Assembly: GCA_023228995.1 (NCBI GenBank)
Contig: JALOAD010000010.1
Location: forward strand, 11,688-75,687
Length of the DNA stretch: 64,000 bases
Reading direction: 5' to 3'
Origin: Candidatus Muiribacterium halophilum
GTDB taxonomy: Bacteria; Muiribacteriota; Muiribacteriia; Muiribacteriales; Muiribacteriaceae
Numbering within the stretch: the stretch's first letter is position 1; each line of letters starts with the position of its first letter. The notes below the pieces were generated by a model. The model worked only from the letters and a program-made list of their open reading frames with translations, searched no databases and was not told where the DNA came from. Position numbers and translations under genes: made by a program. Positions 8,986 to 19,195 of this stretch are shown piece by piece.

Positions 8986-10227
8986 ATGCTTACTCACATT
9001 AAAGGGAAAGATAAGGAAGTTTACGATGCTATAATTTTGGAAGCTGGAAGACAAGAAGATAAACTAGAGATGATAGCTAGTGAAAATTTTGTATCGCAGG
9101 CTGTAATGGAAGCAAATGGCTGTGTTATGACAAATAAATATGCTGAAGGATATCCTGGAAAAAGATATTATGGTGGTTGTGAAAATGTTGATATAGTTGA
9201 AAATCTTGCTATTGATAGAGCTAAAAAACTTTTTAATGCTCCTTATGCAAATGTTCAACCTCATTCAGGATCTCAGGCTAATATGGGTGTTTATTTTGCT
9301 TTTCTTAAACCAGGTGATACGATTTTGGGTATGAATCTTTCTCATGGTGGACATCTTACTCATGGGTCTCCTGTAAATTTTTCTGGTATATTTTATAATG
9401 TTATTCCCTATGGAGTAAAAGAAGGTGTTGAAACTATAGATTATGAAGAAGTAGAAAGACTTGCTTTAGAAAATAAACCTAAGATGATTGTTGTTGGAGC
9501 TTCAGCTTATCCAAGAATAATAGATTTTAAAAAATTTAGAGAAATTGCTGATAAAATTGGAGCTTATATATTAGCTGATATTGCACATATAGCAGGACTT
9601 GTAGTAGCAGGTCTTCATCCTTCTCCGTTTCCTCATTGTCATTTTGTTACAACAACTACTCATAAAACTCTAAGAGGTCCAAGAGGTGGTATGATAATGT
9701 GCTCAGATGAAGAACATGCTGCTAATATAAATAAAATTATATTTCCTGGAATTCAGGGTGGTCCTTTAATGCATACAATAGCTGCAAAAGCTGTAGCTTT
9801 TGGTGAAGCTTTAGAACCTAATTTTAGAGATTATCAAAAACAAGTTATTAAAAATGCAAGTTTTCTTGCTGATGAATTAAAGAAAAAAGGATTTAAGATT
9901 GTTTCAGATGGTACAGATAATCATCTTCTTTTAATTGATGTCCTTACTTCTAGAGGAATTTCAGGTAAAAAAGCTGAAAGACTTCTTGATGAAGCTGGTA
10001 TAACATCAAATAAAAACACTATTCCTTTTGACAAAAAAAGTCCTTTCATAACAAGTGGAGTAAGAATTGGAACTCCAGCTCTTACAACAAGAGGAATGAA
10101 AGAAAAAGAAATGAGTGTTATAGCTTCATTTATTGATAGAGTTTTAACATCTCAGGATGAAGAAACTATTAAACAGGTTAAAGAAGAGGTAAAAACTCTT
10201 ACAAGTAAGTTTCCATTATATAAATAA
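8986..10227 (+). CDS. glyA: Serine hydroxymethyltransferase
   Basis: PLP-site motif [15 protein letters not shown]; GGGAGG RBS 8 nt before ATG 8986; the track's TTG at 8980 is rejected. Confidence 0.95.
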   Translation: MLTHIKGKDKEVYDAIILEAGRQEDKLEMIASENFVSQAVMEANGCVMTNKYAEGYPGKRYYGGCENVDIVENLAIDRAKKLFNAPYANVQPHSGSQANMGVYFAFLKPGDTILGMNLSHGGHLTHGSPVNFSGIFYNVIPYGVKEGVETIDYEEVERLALENKPKMIVVGASAYPRIIDFKKFREIADKIGAYILADIAHIAGLVVAGLHPSPFPHCHFVTTTTHKTLRGPRGGMIMCSDEEHAANINKIIFPGIQGGPLMHTIAAKAVAFGEALEPNFRDYQKQVIKNASFLADELKKKGFKIVSDGTDNHLLLIDVLTSRGISGKKAERLLDEAGITSNKNTIPFDKKSPFITSGVRIGTPALTTRGMKEKEMSVIASFIDRVLTSQDEETIKQVKEEVKTLTSKFPLYK

Positions 10228-10940
10228 TGAAAAAAGCATTTTTTATAGATTATAATCAATATTCAGCAGCCTTTAATATGGCTGCTGATTTTTTTATTCA
10301 TAAAAAATGTGAATTAGAAAATTGTTGTTTTTTAAGGTTTTATGGTTTTATTAATAAAACTATAACATTGGGGAGATTTCAAAAAGCTGATTTTTTAAAT
10401 AATAATGAATACAATGATTATGATAAAGCTTTTAGAATGAGTGGTGGAAGAGCTGTTTTTCATGAAAATGATTTTACATATTGTTTTACATCATCGTTTG
10501 ATTTCTTTGAAGACAAGTCTATAAAAGCTAGTTATAATAAAATATCAAAACCATTTATAAATGTATTAAGCCAAAAAGGAATTGAAGTAGATGTTTATAA
10601 AAAAGCAAGTAAAGATTATTTTTCAAAAGAATTGTGTTTTTCATCTGTTTCTTTATATGAAATAAAATCAAATGGCAAAAAGTTATTGGGAAGTGCACAA
10701 TATAGAACTGATAAAGCATTATCACAGCATGGAACTATGTATTATGAAATACCTTCATTTTATAAAAATAATAGATTTAGCGAAGATATTGAAATGTGTT
10801 CTTTAGTTAAAGAAAAGGATTTTATAATGCTTTTAAAAAACGAATTTGAAAAAGTTTTTAATGTTAAATTTGAAAATTATATTTTTTCTAGTCAGGATAA
10901 ACAGAATATTCTTAATTTAGGTGAGAAGTTTGAAATATAA
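10227..10940 (+). CDS. BPL/LplA/LipB catalytic-domain protein (lipoate-protein ligase / octanoyltransferase-like)
   Basis: SGGRAVFHENDFTY and the Lys-containing GKKLLGSAQYR motif typical of lipoyl/octanoyl transferases. Confidence 0.5.
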   Translation: MKKAFFIDYNQYSAAFNMAADFFIHKKCELENCCFLRFYGFINKTITLGRFQKADFLNNNEYNDYDKAFRMSGGRAVFHENDFTYCFTSSFDFFEDKSIKASYNKISKPFINVLSQKGIEVDVYKKASKDYFSKELCFSSVSLYEIKSNGKKLLGSAQYRTDKALSQHGTMYYEIPSFYKNNRFSEDIEMCSLVKEKDFIMLLKNEFEKVFNVKFENYIFSSQDKQNILNLGEKFEI

Positions 10941-10968
10941 AAAAAGCCACCATAAAGGTGGCTTTTTT
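10941..10968. terminator. Bidirectional rho-independent terminator
   Basis: AAAAAGCCACC-ATAAA-GGTGGCTTTTTT hairpin with A/T tracts on both sides, between convergent genes. Confidence 0.8.
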
Positions 10969-10979
10969 GTTATAGCATA

Positions 10980-12449
10980 TTATCTTAATATATTTTTCAT
11001 TTCATTTGCTTCAGAAGTTCCTGGGAATTCTTTTATAAGTTTTTCTGCAACTTTTTTAGCCATTTCCATATTTCCCATTTCAATATAACAGTTAGCTATG
11101 CCATAATACACTTTATTTAAAGGTGCATTTTCGGTTTTTACTAATGTTTTGTAAACATTTAAAGCTTCAGTGTAATTACCTTGTTCAATATAACTTTCTG
11201 CAAGCATTATTGATGCAGTAACACCAAGTTCTTTGTTATCTGTCAATGTCTGTAATCTTTCTTGTGCAAGATCACTATCTCTAAAATCATACTGTGCTTC
11301 AATAGCATTTTTCATCTGTACTCTAGCAGATATTACATTAAACTTAAATGCTGGAGAATAATCAGACCATGTCGAACCTATTCTTTGTTTTACTTTCCAT
11401 CTATAAGTTTTATTTGCTGCTAGTCTTGAAGCAGGAAGTGAATAATTTTTTGTATTCAAATTCTGTTGTACAATGTTATTATTGTTTATTTCATAAATTA
11501 TTATTTCAAATTCTTGACCAGAACCTGTCCATGAAAAATTTATATTACCATTAGAAGTAACATTAGTATCTCTTGCTGGATTAACAAGGTCAGGAGCATA
11601 TACTGCATTTGGATTAGCTCCAGCATTAGGATTGTTATTGCCTGTATTTGGAGATGGAGAAGGCTGATAAGGAATCTGATTAGGATCATTATAAAGATCT
11701 CTTCTTTCAACTCTGAATATAATAGGTTGACTATAATTAGACCAATCAGCAAAAGCTGAACCTACTAAAGGTATATCTGTTACAAATCCTGCTCGATTAT
11801 TTCTGGCTATTTGCCATTTATACTCACCTGATCTAAAATCATCAGCTTCCATAGTATAGCTTTTACTATTTACAATTTTTTCTTTGATTTTTCTGCCATT
11901 TCCTTCATATATTCTAATCTGAAACTGTTTTCCGTTAAGTTCGTCAGACCAGTTAAAAGTTATTCTATCTCTTTTATTGTGAAATAAAACTCTTGTGCCT
12001 GACTGGGGATAACCAGGGTTTGGAGGATTATTTGCATCAATATTACCCCAATTTGTTCCAACACCAGGAGTTCCAGGAGCTGGATATGGATTTGGATTAT
12101 TTACATAACCAGGATTTCCACCTTTTTCTGCAAAAAGTGTTACAATTACCTCTCCTTTTGCACTTTCCATAAGCGATTTACTTATGTGCATAGTGAAAGA
12201 ATAGCTATTAGCAGTTAATCCTTCATTTCTAACAGAAGCATCTCCTCTAGGTACAATAGATCTGCTTATAAATACATAACCTTGATTTAAAAGATTAAAA
12301 GGCATGTTTACTACATGATCAAAATCTTTTGAACTCTCAAAAGGTCCAACCTTATGAGAAAATTTTTCAGTTATTTGAGTTGTTGCTGCAAATGAAGTAA
12401 AAGAGAGCACAAATAACATAATAATTAGAAAGCTTAAATTTTTTTTCAT
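10980..12449 (-). CDS. Secreted protein with two Fn3-like repeats, Pro/Asn-rich linkers and a C-terminal TPR region
   Basis: Signal peptide; two internal repeats of about 90 aa (…EYKWQIARNN… / …YRWKVKQRIG…); TPR-like C-terminus. Confidence 0.6.
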   Translation of the reverse strand: MKKNLSFLIIMLFVLSFTSFAATTQITEKFSHKVGPFESSKDFDHVVNMPFNLLNQGYVFISRSIVPRGDASVRNEGLTANSYSFTMHISKSLMESAKGEVIVTLFAEKGGNPGYVNNPNPYPAPGTPGVGTNWGNIDANNPPNPGYPQSGTRVLFHNKRDRITFNWSDELNGKQFQIRIYEGNGRKIKEKIVNSKSYTMEADDFRSGEYKWQIARNNRAGFVTDIPLVGSAFADWSNYSQPIIFRVERRDLYNDPNQIPYQPSPSPNTGNNNPNAGANPNAVYAPDLVNPARDTNVTSNGNINFSWTGSGQEFEIIIYEINNNNIVQQNLNTKNYSLPASRLAANKTYRWKVKQRIGSTWSDYSPAFKFNVISARVQMKNAIEAQYDFRDSDLAQERLQTLTDNKELGVTASIMLAESYIEQGNYTEALNVYKTLVKTENAPLNKVYYGIANCYIEMGNMEMAKKVAEKLIKEFPGTSEANEMKNILR

Positions 12450-12614
12450 ATATTCCTCCGCATTTATTACTTTCCTTAATTATAAGGAGTAATTTATACA
12501 TTGGTCAAGTGATTTTTTTTATTGATTTTAAAATTTCTATTATGTAATATAAAAGTTTAGAGTTTAATGTTGTTTATAGGTTTTATAAATTTTAATTTAT
12601 TATGGGGATATACA

Positions 12615-14393
12615 ATGAAAAGAACAGAATATTGTGGCAGGATAAACAAAGATAATATAGATGAACAAGTTGTTCTTAAAGGCTGGGTTCATAGAAGAAG
12701 AGATCTTGGAAATCTTATTTTTATACAGTTAAGAGATCGTGAAGGAATAATACAACTTGTTTTTGATCCTGAAAAATGTTCAAAAGAAGTTATGGAATGT
12801 GCAAAATTATTAAGAAGTGAATTTGTAATTGAAGTTTTGGGTAAAGTAATTGCAAGAACTATAGAAAATATTAATCCTGAAATGAGTACTGGGGAATTTG
12901 AAGTATTGGCTGAAAATCTTGAAATATTAAATTCTTCAGAATTAATTCCATTTCATATTGATGATAATGTAAATGTTTCTGAAAATTTAAGACTAAAATA
13001 TAGATATTTGGATTTAAGACGGGATTTTATGAAAGATACAATATGGTTTAGATATAAAGTTCTTGATTGTATAAGAAAATTTATGGGTGAAAAAGAGTTT
13101 ATTGAAATTGAAACTCCATTTTTAATAAAATCAACACCTGAAGGTGCTAGAGATTTTGTTGTTCCTTCAAGAATGCATACTGGTAAATTTTATGCACTTC
13201 CTCAATCTCCACAGCTTTTTAAACAGCTTCTTATGGTTGCAGCATTTGATAAGTATTTTCAAATTGCAAGATGTTTTAGAGATGAAGATGCTCGAGCTGA
13301 TAGACAAACTGATTTTACTCAGCTTGATATTGAAATGAGTTTTGTATCTCAGGATGAAATATTTACATTGATGGAAGATTTATTTAAAAAAGTTTTTAAA
13401 GAAACAATGAATATTGATATAAAAACTCCTTTTGATAGGATAGATTATGATATATCTATGGATAAATATGGTTCTGACAAGCCTGAAAGAAGATATAATA
13501 TGTTTCTTAATGATATTACCAGTCTTTTTGAAAAAAGTGAATTTAAGGTTTTTAAAGAAAATATAGAAAATGGTGGAGTTATAAAAGCTATTGTACTTAA
13601 AGGGAAAAGTACGGATATATCCAGGAAAAAAGTTGGAGAATATGAAGAATTTGTAAAAAAATTCAAAGCAAAAGGGCTTGCTTTTGTTAAGTATGAAAAC
13701 AATTCTTTTAGTGGTGGAATAGCTAAGTTTGTTGAACCTATAAAACAAAAATTTATAGAAATGCTTAATCTTGAGGATAAAGATATTGTGTTTTTTGGAA
13801 GCGATTCTAAAAAAATAGTAAACAATGTTCTTGGTAATTTAAGACTTAAACTTATTAAAGAATTTGATTTAATTGAAGATAAATCGGTTTTTGATTTTTG
13901 TTGGGTTACAAGATTTCCTCTTTTTGAAAAAGATGATAATGGAAATTGGATTGCTATGCATCATCTTTTTAGTATGCCAACACATGATACTGTTGAATTT
14001 GTAGATACAGATCCTGGTAAAGTATATGGTCAACTTTATGACCTTGTTATAAATGGCAATGAAGCTGCAAGCGGAAGTATTAGAATACATAATGCGAAAT
14101 TACAGAAAAAAATAATTGGTATTACTGGAATGAGTGAAAAAGAAATGGAACAGAAATTTGGATTTCTTTTGGAAGCATTTAAATATGGAGCTCCGCCTCA
14201 TGGTGGAATTGCTCCCGGTATAGATAGACTTATTATGATTATGAAAGGGCTTGATAATATTAAAGATGTTATAGCTTTTCCTAAAACAAATAATCAGCTT
14301 TGTCTTCTTACGGGTGCTCCAGATTTTTTATCCATAGAGCAGTTGAATGAGATCGGAATAAAAATGGAGGAAAAAAATAATGGACAAGAATGA
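12615..14393 (+). CDS. aspS: Aspartate--tRNA ligase
   Basis: Class II aaRS motifs (FQIARCFRDEDARADRQ, GGIAPGIDRLIM); N-terminal OB fold; start MKRTEYCG at 12615. Confidence 0.95.
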   Translation: MKRTEYCGRINKDNIDEQVVLKGWVHRRRDLGNLIFIQLRDREGIIQLVFDPEKCSKEVMECAKLLRSEFVIEVLGKVIARTIENINPEMSTGEFEVLAENLEILNSSELIPFHIDDNVNVSENLRLKYRYLDLRRDFMKDTIWFRYKVLDCIRKFMGEKEFIEIETPFLIKSTPEGARDFVVPSRMHTGKFYALPQSPQLFKQLLMVAAFDKYFQIARCFRDEDARADRQTDFTQLDIEMSFVSQDEIFTLMEDLFKKVFKETMNIDIKTPFDRIDYDISMDKYGSDKPERRYNMFLNDITSLFEKSEFKVFKENIENGGVIKAIVLKGKSTDISRKKVGEYEEFVKKFKAKGLAFVKYENNSFSGGIAKFVEPIKQKFIEMLNLEDKDIVFFGSDSKKIVNNVLGNLRLKLIKEFDLIEDKSVFDFCWVTRFPLFEKDDNGNWIAMHHLFSMPTHDTVEFVDTDPGKVYGQLYDLVINGNEAASGSIRIHNAKLQKKIIGITGMSEKEMEQKFGFLLEAFKYGAPPHGGIAPGIDRLIMIMKGLDNIKDVIAFPKTNNQLCLLTGAPDFLSIEQLNEIGIKMEEKNNGQE

Positions 14394-15045
14394 AATCGCT
14401 GATATTGTTAGAAGTGTTGTTGGTGAATACAGGGGAGATGAAAATGAAAAATACAATAATAATAATAAAAAAGTTTCTTTAAATTCTTTTCCTGTATCTG
14501 TTTCAAACAGACATATTCATATTTGTAAATCTGATTTAGAATGTATTTTTGGAAAAGGATATGAATTAAAAAGGATGAAAGAGCTTTCTCAGCCTGGCCA
14601 ATTTGCATGTGAAGAAAAAGTTATTATTGTTGGACCTAAAGGAAGTATTGAAAATGTTAGAATACTTGGACCTGAAAGAAAAGAAACTCAGGTAGAAATA
14701 AGTGTTACTGATACTTTCAAATTAGGAATTCCTGTTTTTGTAAGAGATTCTGGAGATCTTTCAGGAACTCCTGGTCTTACAGTATGCGGCCCTAAAGGCA
14801 GTGTTTATATTGAAAAAGGTGCAATAGTAGCTAAAAGACATATACATTTTTCTGAAAATGATGCAAAAAAATTTAATGTTAAAGATAAAGAAAAAGTTAA
14901 TGTTTTAATAGAAGGCGAAAAAGGCGGAATTTTCTCTGATGTTCTTGTTAGAGTATCAAACTCATACGCACTTGATATGCATATTGATACAGATGAAGGA
15001 AATGCTTTTGGAATAGGGAGAAATACTAAAGGTCAGATTAGTTAA
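14380..15045 (+). CDS. pduL: Phosphate acyltransferase PduL/EutD-like (PTAC) with N-terminal encapsulation-peptide-like helix
   Basis: Duplicated PduL half-domains (VSNRHIHI... and AKRHIHFSEND); N-terminal amphipathic NEIADIVRSVVGEY; overlaps aspS stop by 14 nt. Confidence 0.85.
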   Translation: MDKNEIADIVRSVVGEYRGDENEKYNNNNKKVSLNSFPVSVSNRHIHICKSDLECIFGKGYELKRMKELSQPGQFACEEKVIIVGPKGSIENVRILGPERKETQVEISVTDTFKLGIPVFVRDSGDLSGTPGLTVCGPKGSVYIEKGAIVAKRHIHFSENDAKKFNVKDKEKVNVLIEGEKGGIFSDVLVRVSNSYALDMHIDTDEGNAFGIGRNTKGQIS

Positions 15046-15163
15046 AAAATAATATAAATCAAGTTTAATTGAAAAAACTGAATTTTTGTTTTAAACTTTA
15101 AAAAGTGAAAAAATTATAGTTCTTTTTTTAATTTAGTAAAAAACATATTGTGGAGGATTTATA

Positions 15164-15445
15164 ATGAACAATGCTTTAGGTATGATTGAAACTAAAGGTT
15201 TGGTTGCAATGATTGATGCTGCTGACGCTATGGTTAAAGCAGCTAATGTAAAACTTGTAGGATATGAAAAAATTGGTGGTGGTTATGTGACAGCTCTTGT
15301 AAGAGGAGATGTTGCTGCTGTTAAAGCTGCTACAGAAGCTGGAGCTCAGGCTGCTTCAAAAATCGGTGAACTTGTATCAGTACATGTAATCCCAAGACCA
15401 CATGAAAATCTCGAAGATATTCTTCCTATTGGAAAAGCTGAATAA
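15164..15445 (+). CDS. BMC-H hexameric shell protein (PduA/EutM type)
   Basis: Canonical BMC domain [53 protein letters not shown]. Confidence 0.95.
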   Translation: MNNALGMIETKGLVAMIDAADAMVKAANVKLVGYEKIGGGYVTALVRGDVAAVKAATEAGAQAASKIGELVSVHVIPRPHENLEDILPIGKAE

Positions 15446-15449
15446 TTAG

Positions 15450-15722
15450 ATGATTTTAGGAAAAGTTATAGGGACAATTGTCTCTACTAAAAAAGACGAG
15501 AGACTTGTTGGGTTTAAACTTCTTGTTGTAAGAGAATATGATGTTAAAATGAATCCGACAAGTTCTACTGTCGTTGCAGTAGATACAGTGGGTGCAGGTT
15601 TTGATGAGTTAGTTCTAGTGGTCAGCGGTTCATCTGCTAGACAAACTGCTAAGACTGATAAAAAACCTGTTGATGCTGCAATTGTAGGAATTGTCGATTC
15701 TGTAAGTCTTAAAGAGGAGTAA
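15450..15722 (+). CDS. BMC-P pentameric vertex protein (EutN/PduN/CcmL family), copy 1
   Basis: MILGKVIGTIVSTKKDERLVGFKLLVV ... AVDTVGAG motif. Confidence 0.9.
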   Translation: MILGKVIGTIVSTKKDERLVGFKLLVVREYDVKMNPTSSTVVAVDTVGAGFDELVLVVSGSSARQTAKTDKKPVDAAIVGIVDSVSLKEE

Positions 15723-15725
15723 AGT

Positions 15726-17150
15726 ATGAGTCTTGATCATAATGAAATAAAAAATATTGTTGAAGAAATAGTAAAAAAAATTGCTGTTGATAATTATGCG
15801 ACAAAATCCGCATCAACTGGATTAAATACTGGAAAGGTTCTCGGAAAAGGTATTTTTTCAAATATGGAAGATGCTGTTAATGCTGCATATTATGCTCAAA
15901 AAGATTTAATAAAATTAAGTGTTGAAAAAAGAAAAGAGATAATTACAGAAATACGTAAGATAATGCTTGAGAATGCAGAAAAATTATCTGTAGAAGCAAT
16001 TAAAGAAACTGGTATAGGTAGAGTGAAAGATAGGCTTTTAAAAACACTTCTTTCAATAAATAAAACTCCTGGAGTAGAAGATATACAATCGAAAGTTTAT
16101 ACTGGTGATAAAGGTATGACGCTTGAAGAGTATGCTCCTTATGGACTTATTGGAGCAATTACACCGACTACTAATCCAGTAGAATCTATAATTAATAATT
16201 CAATAAGTATGATATCCGCTGGAAACTCTGTTGTATTCAATACACATCCAAGAGCTAAAAATGTTTCAAGAAAGACAATTGAATTAATAAATGAAGCGAT
16301 TATAAGTGTTGGTGGACCAAATAATACAGTAACAACAGTTGCAGAACCAACTATAGAAACTGGGACTTTTATGATGAAACATCCTAAGGTTAAACTTATT
16401 ACTGTAACTGGTGGACCTGGAGTTGTAAAAGCTGCTTTTGCATGTGGTAAAAAAGTAATTGCAGCAGGACCCGGAAATCCTCCTGTTGTTGTTGATGAAA
16501 CTGCTGATATAAAACAGGCAGCTAAAGATATTGTTGATGGAGCTTCATTTGATAATAATGTTTTATGTATTGCAGAAAAAGAAATTATTGCTGTTAAAGA
16601 AATTTATAGAGAATTAATTGATGAAATGCAAAAACATGGTGCTGTGCTTGTAAGTTCAGATGTAGTTGCAAAATTAGCTCAAGTTGCTTTATTGCCTGAT
16701 GGCAGAGTTAATTCTGCCCTTGTTGGCAAAGATGCAAAATTTATACTTTCTCAGATTGATATGCATGTTGGCGATGATATTAGACTTATAATGTGCGAGA
16801 CAGATAGAAATCATCCTTTTGCAGTAGAAGAACTTCTAATGCCTATAATTCCTGTTATAAGGGCTGATAATGTTGATGAAGCAATTGAAATGGCTTATGA
16901 GCTTGAACATAATTTTTTCCATACTGCTATGATGCATTCAAAAAATGTTGAAAATCTTCATAAAATGGCGAGAAAATCTAATGTTTCAATATTTGTAAAA
17001 AATGCACCTTCTTATGCTGGTCTTGGCTTTAATGGAGAAGGAGTAACTACATTTACTATAGCTTCTCCAACTGGTGAAGGTATTACAACTGCTAAAACTT
17101 TTACAAGAATGAGAAGATGTGTTCTGGCTGGATATTTTAGAATTGTCTGA
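15726..17150 (+). CDS. CoA-acylating aldehyde dehydrogenase (EutE/PduP-like) with N-terminal encapsulation-peptide-like helix
   Basis: ALDH fold about 470 aa with a catalytic Cys region (NVLCIAEKE); N-terminal amphipathic EIKNIVEEIVKKI. Confidence 0.88.
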   Translation: MSLDHNEIKNIVEEIVKKIAVDNYATKSASTGLNTGKVLGKGIFSNMEDAVNAAYYAQKDLIKLSVEKRKEIITEIRKIMLENAEKLSVEAIKETGIGRVKDRLLKTLLSINKTPGVEDIQSKVYTGDKGMTLEEYAPYGLIGAITPTTNPVESIINNSISMISAGNSVVFNTHPRAKNVSRKTIELINEAIISVGGPNNTVTTVAEPTIETGTFMMKHPKVKLITVTGGPGVVKAAFACGKKVIAAGPGNPPVVVDETADIKQAAKDIVDGASFDNNVLCIAEKEIIAVKEIYRELIDEMQKHGAVLVSSDVVAKLAQVALLPDGRVNSALVGKDAKFILSQIDMHVGDDIRLIMCETDRNHPFAVEELLMPIIPVIRADNVDEAIEMAYELEHNFFHTAMMHSKNVENLHKMARKSNVSIFVKNAPSYAGLGFNGEGVTTFTIASPTGEGITTAKTFTRMRRCVLAGYFRIV

Positions 17151-17161
17151 GGTGTTTTTTA

Positions 17162-18475
17162 ATGATTGATAAAATAGAAAAAGCCGGTATTTCCGGAGCT
17201 GGTGGAGCTGGATTTCCTACTTTTTTTAAATTGGGAGCAAAAGCTGAATATTATATTATAAATGCAGCTGAATGTGAACCATTACTTGAATCTGACAGAA
17301 ATATAATGCTTCGTAATGCTGAAAAAATAATATCAGGTATTAAAAAAGTAAAAAAAATAATTGATTTTAAAAAAGCATATATTGGAATTAAACAAAAAAA
17401 TACTGATTGTGGTGAATTGTTAAAGAAATTTATTGATGTTGATTATATTGAAGTGAAAATTCTTAAAAATATTTATCCTTCCGGTGATGAACAGGTAATG
17501 ATATATGAAATACTTGGTAAAATTGTTCCTGAAGGTGGCATACCACTTAATATTGGTGTAATTGTAAATAATGTTGAAACTGTATATAGGATTGAAAAAG
17601 CAATTTCCGAAAATGAGGTTTTTAATAAAAGATATGTTACTGTAAATGGTGAAATAGAAAAACCTTGTGTTATGGAATTACCTTTAGGTATAAGTTTTTC
17701 AGATATTCTTGAATTTGCTGGCAAAAAAAAAGGTATTAATTATATCGCTATTGACGGCGGTCCTATGATGGGAAAAATTACTGATATAAAAGATGGTGTC
17801 GTCAAAAAAACTACAAGTGGTATTTTATTTCTTTCAGAAAATCATGAACTTATATTAAGAAAAACTCAGTCTATAAAAAATATATTTGCACAGGCACAGG
17901 CAAGTTGTTGTAATTGTATGACATGTACAGAATTGTGTTCAAGATATCTTATAGGTCATAGAATGGAACCGCATAAAATAATGAGAGCTTTGTGTTCTCA
18001 GAATTTTGATGAAAAGATTTTTGAATATGCTACTTTATGTAGTGAATGTAATATATGTGAGCTTTATGCTTGTCCAATAAATCTTTCTCCAAAGACTGTA
18101 AATCAGTTTCTTAAAGAAAAATTCAGAAAAGAAGGCAAAAAAATAAATATAAAAAAAGATAGTTATGAAGCTCCTGAAGAAAGAAGTGGAAGACAAATTC
18201 CTTCAGATAGAATTATAAACAGACTTGATATAAAAAAATATTATAAAAAACTTGAGTTTAAAGATGAAATTCCTGAATTTACCAAGGTTTTTTTAAAACT
18301 TTCTCAACATATAGGTGCTCCATCTAAACCTATTGTAAGTGTTGGTCAGAATGTTAAAAAAGGTGATATTATAGCAGAGAAAAACGGTAATTTATCAATG
18401 CCTCTACATTCAAGTGTTGATGGCAAGGTAGTGGAAGTTGGTTCTGATACTATAATAATAGAGGTTTCAATATGA
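17162..18475 (+). CDS. PduS/RnfC-like Fe-S flavoprotein
   Basis: RnfC-type N-terminus (GISGAGGAGFPTFFKL, INAAECEP); two Cys clusters (CCNCMTCTELC, CSECNICELYACP); C-terminal barrel-sandwich-like domain. Confidence 0.8.
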   Translation: MIDKIEKAGISGAGGAGFPTFFKLGAKAEYYIINAAECEPLLESDRNIMLRNAEKIISGIKKVKKIIDFKKAYIGIKQKNTDCGELLKKFIDVDYIEVKILKNIYPSGDEQVMIYEILGKIVPEGGIPLNIGVIVNNVETVYRIEKAISENEVFNKRYVTVNGEIEKPCVMELPLGISFSDILEFAGKKKGINYIAIDGGPMMGKITDIKDGVVKKTTSGILFLSENHELILRKTQSIKNIFAQAQASCCNCMTCTELCSRYLIGHRMEPHKIMRALCSQNFDEKIFEYATLCSECNICELYACPINLSPKTVNQFLKEKFRKEGKKINIKKDSYEAPEERSGRQIPSDRIINRLDIKKYYKKLEFKDEIPEFTKVFLKLSQHIGAPSKPIVSVGQNVKKGDIIAEKNGNLSMPLHSSVDGKVVEVGSDTIIIEVSI

Positions 18476-19017
18476 ATTGTTTAGGTATGCTTGAATATAA
18501 AAGTGTTTCAGCCGGAATTAAAAGCTGTGATACTGTTTTAAAAGCTGCTAATGTAAAATTATTATACAGTATGCCTGTATGTGCTGGAAAATATATTATA
18601 ATTGTAAGAGGAGATACTGGAGCTGTATATGCTGCAATTGATGCAGGTAAACAGGTTTCTGTATTTAATCTTGTAGATTCAATAATAATACCTAATCTTC
18701 ATAAAGATATTTTTCCTGCTTTAACAGCATCAGGTAATGTAGGAAAAATTGAAGCTCTTGGTTCGGTTGAAAGCTATTCTATTGCTGCAACTATAATAGC
18801 TGCTGATATAGCTCTTAAAACTGCTGATATTAGAATGATTGAGATTAGAATAGCAAAAGGACTTGGGGGAAAATCCTATTTTAATTTTACAGGGGAAGTT
18901 GGTGCAGTAAGAGAAAGTGAAAAAACTTGTATAAAATATCTTGAGGATAATGGATGGCTTGTATATTCATGTGTAATACCTAATCCACATCCTTCACTTG
19001 CGGAGAAATTGTATTGA
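18472..19017 (+). CDS. BMC-T tandem-domain shell protein (PduT-like)
   Basis: Two BMC domains in 181 aa; Cys at the pore-loop position (SMPVCAGKY) as in PduT. Confidence 0.85.
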   Translation: MNCLGMLEYKSVSAGIKSCDTVLKAANVKLLYSMPVCAGKYIIIVRGDTGAVYAAIDAGKQVSVFNLVDSIIIPNLHKDIFPALTASGNVGKIEALGSVESYSIAATIIAADIALKTADIRMIEIRIAKGLGGKSYFNFTGEVGAVRESEKTCIKYLEDNGWLVYSCVIPNPHPSLAEKLY

Positions 19018-19169
19018 AAAAATTGATATTATATTTTTTTCTATTTATCATTGGATTGATTTTATTATATTTTGTGGATGCAAAAGCAGAGAATATTTTT
19101 GGAATAATTGCCCCATTGTTTATTGTTTTTGTGATAATTTTTATTTTTTATGATAATAGAGTTGTCTGA
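19014..19169 (+). CDS. Putative small two-TM membrane protein (51 aa), TTG start overlapping the BMC-T stop
   Basis: TTGA start/stop overlap; GGAG 8 nt upstream; product MKKLILYFFLFIIGLILLYFVDAKAENIFGIIAPLFIVFVIIFIFYDNRVV has two hydrophobic helices. Confidence 0.35.
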   Translation: MKKLILYFFLFIIGLILLYFVDAKAENIFGIIAPLFIVFVIIFIFYDNRVV

Positions 19170-19195
19170 ATTTATACTAACTTAGGGGAACTATA

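Noticed and set aside
12450-12614. T-box leader upstream of aspS
   Set aside because: The intergenic region is only about 165 nt and lacks the conserved T-box sequence (AATTAGGGTGGTACCGCG-like) and a specifier-loop architecture.
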